Source: Thermoplasmatota archaeon
Lineage (GTDB): Archaea; Thermoplasmatota; JAKEGO01
DNA: 64,000 nt
Reading direction: 5' to 3'
Assembly (NCBI GenBank): GCA_028279595.1
Contig: JANQNK010000004.1
Span: 32,001 to 96,000, forward strand
Part shown: piece after piece, positions 58,220 to 64,000 of the stretch
How the letters are laid out: the number at the start of each line of letters is the position of its first letter
Numbering within the stretch: the stretch's first letter is position 1
Made by a program: the position numbers and the translations under genes
Notes under the pieces: model-generated
What the model was told of the DNA's origin: nothing
Databases searched by the model: none
Seen by the model: only the letters and a program-made list of their open reading frames with translations

Positions 58220-59308
58220 ATGGTGCTCAGCGTTAGGAACCTGGTGGTCGATTTCGAGACCTTCGCCGGCGACGTCAAGGCCCTTGACGGCGTCAACTTC
58301 GAGATCAACCCGGGGGAGACCCTCGGGCTGGTCGGCGAGACCGGATGCGGGAAGAGCGTCACCGCACATTCTGTGCTCGGACTCCTGCCGGAAGCGGCGA
58401 ACGTCAGGTCCGGGGAGATCTGGTTCGAGGGCCAGAACCTCCTCACCAAGTCCGACCAGGAGATGCAGTCCATCAGGGGCAACCACATATCCATGATATT
58501 CCAGGAGCCCATGACGGCGCTCAATCCGGTGTTCACCGTGGGCGACCAGATCACAGAGGCGATCCTACTTCACCAGGCAGAGGAGGTCTACAAGGCATCC
58601 TTCCAGCTGCCGCCTGAGGGGCTCTCGGGCAAGCTCGGCCAGCTGCCCTTGATCAGGTCCATCACCAACAGGGAGATCAACTTCGAGGCGGAGAAGAGGG
58701 CCATCGAGGCGCTGAAGCTCGTCCGCATGCCCGATCCGCACAAGGTCATCGACCAGTATCCGCACGAGCTGAGCGGGGGGATGAAGCAAAGGGTCATGAT
58801 CGCCATGGCGCTCGCCTGCCGCCCCAAGCTACTGATAGCCGATGAACCCACAACGGCGTTGGATGTCACGATCCAGGCCCAGATCCTCCACCTCGTGGGT
58901 GGCCTGAGGGAGCAGCTCGGAATGTCCGTTCTGCTCATCACGCACGACCTCGGGGTCGTTGCGGAGGTGTGCGACCGCGTGGCGGTCATGTATGCAGGGA
59001 CCATCGTCGAGACCGGAACGGTGGAGGAGATCTTCAAGAATCCCCAGCATCCCTACACCCAGGGCCTGCTCAAGACGATACCGTCCATCACAGATTCGAA
59101 GGAAAGGCTTGACACAATATTCGGCTCGGTGCCGAACCTGTTGAAACCGCCGTCCGGCTGCCGGTTCAATCCGCGCTGCGGCCACAGGTTCGACCTCTGC
59201 CTCAGGGAGAAGCCCAGGGGCGTCACCCTTGAAGGCAATCAATACGTCTCCTGTCATCACTACGACGAGCCGCTGCTGAAACATTACGGATACGGGAGGT
59301 CGGGCTGA
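58220..59308 (+). CDS. Peptide ABC transporter ATP-binding protein (DppD/OppD-like)
   Basis: [37 protein letters not shown]. Confidence 0.96.
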   Translation: MVLSVRNLVVDFETFAGDVKALDGVNFEINPGETLGLVGETGCGKSVTAHSVLGLLPEAANVRSGEIWFEGQNLLTKSDQEMQSIRGNHISMIFQEPMTALNPVFTVGDQITEAILLHQAEEVYKASFQLPPEGLSGKLGQLPLIRSITNREINFEAEKRAIEALKLVRMPDPHKVIDQYPHELSGGMKQRVMIAMALACRPKLLIADEPTTALDVTIQAQILHLVGGLREQLGMSVLLITHDLGVVAEVCDRVAVMYAGTIVETGTVEEIFKNPQHPYTQGLLKTIPSITDSKERLDTIFGSVPNLLKPPSGCRFNPRCGHRFDLCLREKPRGVTLEGNQYVSCHHYDEPLLKHYGYGRSG

Positions 59309-60390
59309 TGACGAACATCGTCGACGTCGTCGGGCTGAAGAAGTACTACCCGATCAAGAGCGGGGTCTTCTCACGCACAGTGGGGAACGTCAAGGCCGTC
59401 GACGGGGTGGACCTTGCGATCCGACGCGGGGAGACGTTCGGCCTCGTCGGAGAGAGCGGATGCGGAAAGACGACCGTCGGCAGGTGCATCCTCAGGCTGA
59501 CCAATCTGACGACCGGCAAGGTCTACTTCGACGGGATGGACATATCGGCCCTGACGTCTGGACAGCTCCGCTCGACGAGGAGGAGGTTCCAGTGCGTGTT
59601 CCAGGACCCGTTCTCGTCCCTCAATCCCACCATGACGATCAAGAGCATAATCTCCGAGCCGCTGAAGATCCACGGCGTCGCATACGGCGCCGACCTCAGG
59701 AAGAAGGCGCTGCAACTGTTGAACACGGTAGGGCTCCGCGAGGAGCACATGAACAGGTTCCCGCACGAGTTCAGCGGCGGACAGAGGCAGAGGATATGCG
59801 TGGCCAGGGCCCTCGCCCTGAACCCGTCCTTCATAATGCTGGACGAGCCGACATCCGCACTGGACGTATCGGTGCAGGCTCAGGTCCTGAACCTCCTGAA
59901 GGACCTGCAGGAGCAGATGGGACTGACCTATCTGTTCATCTCCCACGATCTCTCGGTGATCAAGCACATCAGCCACCGCGTGGGCGTCATGTACCTCGGG
60001 AAGATAGTCGAGGTCTCGTGGACCGAGGAGCTATTCAGCAATCCGCAGCACCCTTACACCGAGGCACTCCTCTCCGCCATACCCGTCCCCGACCCGACCG
60101 CCGAGAAGAGGCGTATCATCCTGTCGGGCGATGTTCCGAGTCCGGTGAACCCGCCTAGAGGGTGCCGGTTCCACACTAGATGTCCGTACGCTAGAAAGGA
60201 CTGCGGAAAGGTCGAGCCCGACCTGGTCGAGGTGAGGCCCGGACACTTCACCGCCTGCAGGTACTCCCGGGAGATCTTCAAGGACACGGGTGAGAGGGAG
60301 GCCCCGGCCTGCCCCCTCTGCAGCGGGCACACGAATTATATCGCTGAGCATGGACGCCACTACTGCTACGACTGCGAGCAGTACGTCTAG
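59308..60390 (+). CDS. Peptide ABC transporter ATP-binding protein (DppF/OppF-like) with C-terminal zinc ribbon
   Basis: [25 protein letters not shown]; tail CPLC...CYDC. Confidence 0.96.
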   Translation: MTNIVDVVGLKKYYPIKSGVFSRTVGNVKAVDGVDLAIRRGETFGLVGESGCGKTTVGRCILRLTNLTTGKVYFDGMDISALTSGQLRSTRRRFQCVFQDPFSSLNPTMTIKSIISEPLKIHGVAYGADLRKKALQLLNTVGLREEHMNRFPHEFSGGQRQRICVARALALNPSFIMLDEPTSALDVSVQAQVLNLLKDLQEQMGLTYLFISHDLSVIKHISHRVGVMYLGKIVEVSWTEELFSNPQHPYTEALLSAIPVPDPTAEKRRIILSGDVPSPVNPPRGCRFHTRCPYARKDCGKVEPDLVEVRPGHFTACRYSREIFKDTGEREAPACPLCSGHTNYIAEHGRHYCYDCEQYV

Positions 60391-60401
60391 GGGCGGTATC
60401 T

Positions 60402-60965
60402 ATGTACGACCAGGACCAGACCACGAAGGAGTGGTTCTATCACCATTATCTCAGGTACTGGTACTGGCTGGGGACCATTCTTCTGTTCGTAGTGCTGGCG
60501 GGGAGTGTGAAACCACACATGGACTACAGGACGTTCCTTTCGTTCCTCCTGTTCCTCCTGCTGTTCCTTACTATCTTCGGATACTACGTCTATCAGAGGA
60601 TATGGCCCGAGTCCATCAGGGGACCCAAGGACAAGATCAGGGCTTTGATCGAATCCCGCAGGAAGCGCGATAGGGAACAACGTATGGAAGTGGAACCTCA
60701 GGAAGAGGATGAATACCTCGCCCCGAGGGACAGCGCGGCGAGGGAACATCGGTCAGATCCGGTCGACGTTGCCCATGATGAGGAAGGGGAAAGGCAGGAA
60801 CCGGTCATCGTCTCAGGCCGGCTGGGTGGACATCCACCTCGCCGATCGGAAGGATCGACGTCGAGCCGTCCGGGTGGACGACCTGATAGGTTATCGCGGC
60901 GACGCCCTCCTCGACCCCCTTATTCGTCGGGTAAGCGTCGGTCACGACGATCTCGTCGAAGATGA
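60402..60965 (+). CDS. Hypothetical 2-TM membrane protein
   Basis: Two clear TM helices, then a charged tail; 3' end overlaps the SPFH gene. Confidence 0.6.
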   Translation: MYDQDQTTKEWFYHHYLRYWYWLGTILLFVVLAGSVKPHMDYRTFLSFLLFLLLFLTIFGYYVYQRIWPESIRGPKDKIRALIESRRKRDREQRMEVEPQEEDEYLAPRDSAAREHRSDPVDVAHDEEGERQEPVIVSGRLGGHPPRRSEGSTSSRPGGRPDRLSRRRPPRPPYSSGKRRSRRSRRR

Positions 60966-61410
60966 TCCCGGTGTCCTTGAAGACCTTCTCGAGCCCTTCC
61001 TTCAGGACGGGGGCCATCTCCTCCTTCTTCAGGCAATCCGCGCGCCTCATCGCGGAGACCCTGGTCCTCAGTGTGTAGTGACAGGTGTATCCGATTATCG
61101 TGGGAAGGATCTCGATGTTCTTGAACGGGTCCTCGGTGATGTACCGCTCCATCTCGTCGGGAAGGTGGACCTTGACGAGGGCGGCCACCTCGGGATTCTT
61201 GATCGTGTAGGTAACCTCGTAACGGAAGTCCATGTCCGTGCCGTCGACCGAGGGCAGCTTCTGGGAAACGATATCCAGTATCCTGGGGCGGACATCCACC
61301 CGGATGAGCTTGCCGAGGAACAGACCGAGGCCGGGTTTCAGCATGCCCGCTACCCTTCCCCTTCGAACGATGACGCCCTTCTCGTTCGGCTTCACCCGCT
61401 TGAGGCCCAT
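60805..61410 (-). CDS. SPFH/band 7 domain protein
   Basis: VKPNEKGVIVRRGR....LKPGL, VDVR, TLR..V, GIIFDEIVVTD. Confidence 0.78.
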   Translation of the reverse strand: MGLKRVKPNEKGVIVRRGRVAGMLKPGLGLFLGKLIRVDVRPRILDIVSQKLPSVDGTDMDFRYEVTYTIKNPEVAALVKVHLPDEMERYITEDPFKNIEILPTIIGYTCHYTLRTRVSAMRRADCLKKEEMAPVLKEGLEKVFKDTGIIFDEIVVTDAYPTNKGVEEGVAAITYQVVHPDGSTSILPIGEVDVHPAGLRR

Positions 61411-61544
61411 GGCGCTCGATTGCGGGTTCTGTATTAATATCTTAGGGAAGAAAATGGAGCCATGGGCTCATGGTCGGAACTCGGGACCCGTTGTCCGAGA
61501 ACCGGGCCTGGAAGAGCATGGACTGGTATGTCAGGGAGGGACAT

Positions 61545-61652
61545 GAGACGCGTTGTTCCCCGAGGGGGTCGGGAACGAGCGCGTTGACCGACATTGAAAA
61601 AGCGCACGATCGAGACGCATTGTCACCCGATGACATCGGGGACGAGCGCGTT
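61545..61652. repeat. Two tandem 41-nt hairpin repeats (33/41 identical) with a 26-nt spacer
   Basis: GAGACGCGTTGTTCCCCGAGGGGGTCGGGAACGAGCGCGTT (61545-61585) and GAGACGCATTGTCACCCGATGACATCGGGGACGAGCGCGTT (61612-61652). Confidence 0.8.
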
Positions 61653-61719
61653 CGCTAAGAAGAATGAAAAATGGTACGCACCGCCGGCGCATGGCCGGCG
61701 GGCGTTTTGTTGTTCGGTC

Positions 61720-62547
61720 TCACTTCCGCTCGATTATGTGCACCGACCTCTTGGTGTACGGTGCAGCGAATCCCTCGGTAGCGAAGGAGTCCTTGAGCGA
61801 CTTCTTCAGGTCGAAGTAAACGTCCCAGTAGTCCGCGGTCTTGACCCACGGCCTCGCGACGATCTTGACGACGGAGTCGCCCATCTCGTTGACCGCGACC
61901 TGGGGTTCCGGATTCTTCAGGACCTTCGGATGCGCCGTCAGGACGTCCATCGTCGTCTTGATCACTCGATCGACGTTCTCGTCGTAGCCTGCAGCGACCT
62001 CCATGTCGATCCTGCGGGTCTTGTTCCTGGTGTAGTTGATGACGTTCGTCGACCAAACGAGCCTGTTGGGTATGATCACGCGTTTGTTGTCGACGGTGTC
62101 CATTTCCGTGGTGGTGATTCCAACGACCCGGATCGAGCCGGACTCGCCGGACACATCAACGTAGTCGCCCTTGTGGAAGGGTTTCGTTATCGATATCATG
62201 AAGCCGGCCGCTATGTTTCCGAGTGTATCGCCCAGGGCGAAACCGAGGACGAAGCCCATGACCACCGCGATGCTCAGGAGGGCATATCCCAGGTCTATGC
62301 CGAGAACGCCGATGGCGAACCCGAAGACGAAGATGTACAGCACGAGCTTCAGGATCCGGGTGGTGAAGTTCGCCAATATCTCGTCGACCTTCATCTTCCT
62401 GAACGACTTCAGCATTATCCTTGCCAACAGCTTGACTATGAAGATCCCAACGACCAGCACCAGTATGAACACTATCAGGTTCCAAATACTGAATCCCAGC
62501 AACGGCATCGGGTCCTCTATGTCCAATCCCATGAATTCTACTCCCAT
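61720..62547 (-). CDS. mscS: Small-conductance mechanosensitive channel
   Basis: GFALGDTLGNIAAG, PFHKGD, IIPN, NYT, P.P.V, RPWV. Confidence 0.93.
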   Translation of the reverse strand: MGVEFMGLDIEDPMPLLGFSIWNLIVFILVLVVGIFIVKLLARIMLKSFRKMKVDEILANFTTRILKLVLYIFVFGFAIGVLGIDLGYALLSIAVVMGFVLGFALGDTLGNIAAGFMISITKPFHKGDYVDVSGESGSIRVVGITTTEMDTVDNKRVIIPNRLVWSTNVINYTRNKTRRIDMEVAAGYDENVDRVIKTTMDVLTAHPKVLKNPEPQVAVNEMGDSVVKIVARPWVKTADYWDVYFDLKKSLKDSFATEGFAAPYTKRSVHIIERK

Positions 62548-62658
62548 ACGAGATCACCTCTACCAATCGATAAGGGCGAGTTTATTAACGGTTGCCCCTG
62601 ACATGATACCCTTCGAATCCGCGGGCGATAGTGTGTTGGGGGGCTTCAAAGGCCGTCC

Positions 62659-63999
62659 CTATGTTGGAATGTTGTAATTGCAGACCCCGTTCAGCGTCCT
62701 CACTGTCGCGGTCTTGATCCCGGCGTAGGTCGGGGTCGTGGTACCACCGTCCTGTATGGTCATCTCGGTGTTGCCCGTCGTCTCGGTGTAGGTGGCATCG
62801 ATCCTCCATCCGTCGCCGACGGCCACCTGAAGGAGGTCGGTCGTCGTTCCAGCCGTCCTGAGTGTCTTGATCGCTATACGTTCCCCGGACGTGAAGCTCT
62901 GCCATGCCCCATTGTTGTACTTCACCTTGACGAACCTGACCTTCAATATCTTCCAATCACCTGAGAACGACTTGGTGTTCTGCAACTTGAACTTGGCGAC
63001 GTTACCGGCATGGTCGGTGATGATGTACGTGAATGTTGTTCCTGCCTTCTTCTTGATCCTTGCGGGTGAAGGATCGAGCTCATCCGTTGCGTACTTCCGC
63101 AACTTATCCGTGGAGGATTCATAGAAGATGCGCATCTCCGGAGGTGTCGTGTCTATCCTTACAGTAATATTGTGTGCGGTCTCGTTGTTTCCGATGTTGT
63201 CGATGCTTCCGTATTCGACGTAATGCAATCCGTCGGCGCTATGGTCCGACGGGGCGTTGACCGTTGCCGTGTTCCCGGTTCGCCACGGGCCTCCGTCAAC
63301 CCGGTAGTAGGTTTCCAACACACCGGTCTCGAGATCGAATGCGGTAAGATTGATCTGGGTCGTGAACCGGCGCCAGGTTCCGTCGTAGTCGTCGAAAGTG
63401 GAAGGTGCAGTAGTATCATGATAGTACAGTTGATCGAAGGTCTCGTTCCACCATGGACTATATGCGACAGTGCCCCAAATTGGATTGTCATTCTCGTCGT
63501 AGATCAACGACAGGATGTCCATCTCAGAGATCGTGCCCCAGTGATTGTATGTGGCCGATACATCGTTCGTCTGAGAGTTGTATACTGCGTACAATGTGTT
63601 GTTGTGAATGCTGTTGTTGTTGATCTCGAGACCAGTATTCGTATCGATCCGTACCCCATAATCGGAATTCCAGGAGATCACATTGTTGTGGACCTGACTC
63701 CCAGATGTAATTCTGATATATATACCTGAATCGCTGAGGCTGCAGTTGTTGGCCTTTACGATGTTCGAGTCGGAATCGTATATGTAGATACCGTATTCCC
63801 AGTTCTCCAAGCATGTATTGTTATCCACGACATTGTTGTTGGTATCCTCGTACAGGCGGATCCCATACCGGTCATTGTTCACACATGTGTTGTTGGCGAT
63901 CGTGGATGAGCTCGACCCGTTCCATAGATAGATCCCAGCGTGTGTGTTCAATTCGCACCAATTCTCCGATACCTTCACATATGATGATTGGCCTACGAA
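62659..63999 (-). CDS. Likely secreted protein with parallel beta-helix (NosD/CASH-like) repeats and Ig-like domain; 5'-truncated
   Basis: Repeated N...GIYL..S..N.I.NN; ATYNHWG; DTTAP..TYYRVDGG..YGSIDNIGNNE..IDTTPP; frame open to the window end. Confidence 0.88.
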   Translation of the reverse strand, partial: FVGQSSYVKVSENWCELNTHAGIYLWNGSSSSTIANNTCVNNDRYGIRLYEDTNNNVVDNNTCLENWEYGIYIYDSDSNIVKANNCSLSDSGIYIRITSGSQVHNNVISWNSDYGVRIDTNTGLEINNNSIHNNTLYAVYNSQTNDVSATYNHWGTISEMDILSLIYDENDNPIWGTVAYSPWWNETFDQLYYHDTTAPSTFDDYDGTWRRFTTQINLTAFDLETGVLETYYRVDGGPWRTGNTATVNAPSDHSADGLHYVEYGSIDNIGNNETAHNITVRIDTTPPEMRIFYESSTDKLRKYATDELDPSPARIKKKAGTTFTYIITDHAGNVAKFKLQNTKSFSGDWKILKVRFVKVKYNNGAWQSFTSGERIAIKTLRTAGTTTDLLQVAVGDGWRIDATYTETTGNTEMTIQDGGTTTPTYAGIKTATVRTLNGVCNYNIPT

Positions 64000-64000
64000 G

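Noticed and set aside
61545-61652. Mini-CRISPR array
   Set aside because: Only two degenerate repeats, a 26-nt spacer, no typical GAAA(C/G) repeat end and no cas genes in the window
61460-61715. SRP (7S) RNA or SECIS element
   Set aside because: The helix-8 motif (CAGG..GGAA..AGCAG) is incomplete, and no adjacent in-frame UGA selenoprotein candidate was seen

Overview
Archaeal chromosomal segment with high GC, most likely from an uncultured Thermoplasmatota-type euryarchaeon (lineage is inference). Archaeal markers are archaeal LeuRS, CDC48/VAT, TBP, L37e, archaeosortase A, EndoQ and an archaeal RNase P RNA. Most genes are housekeeping (purF, purQ, GMP synthase B, NadX, TrpB2, MptE, a peptide ABC transporter, OPT, MscS), interspersed with secreted or cell-surface proteins. 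Several features are absent from the ORF track: (i) a >3095-aa secreted protein running off the left edge, with a transglutaminase-like domain lacking the catalytic Cys, a DPETG junction followed by a basic/Cys-rich insert, and GATase-like, Ig-like and CUB domains; (ii) the RNase P RNA; (iii) rpl37e; (iv) a 40-aa zinc-finger microprotein; (v) a tandem hairpin repeat with a compensatory change. The best candidate for an undescribed system is a ParB-less two-gene ParA module. Its partner protein carries a ParB-like GRGLxxL peptide and shares a C-terminal helix motif with the long ParA extension. Other candidates are an SCP2 plus 1812-aa TPR-coiled-coil pair and a divergent TBP next to duplicated membrane-anchored zinc-ribbon proteins. 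No CRISPR array, tRNA, rRNA or IS element was seen. All family calls come from motif recognition; no searches were run.
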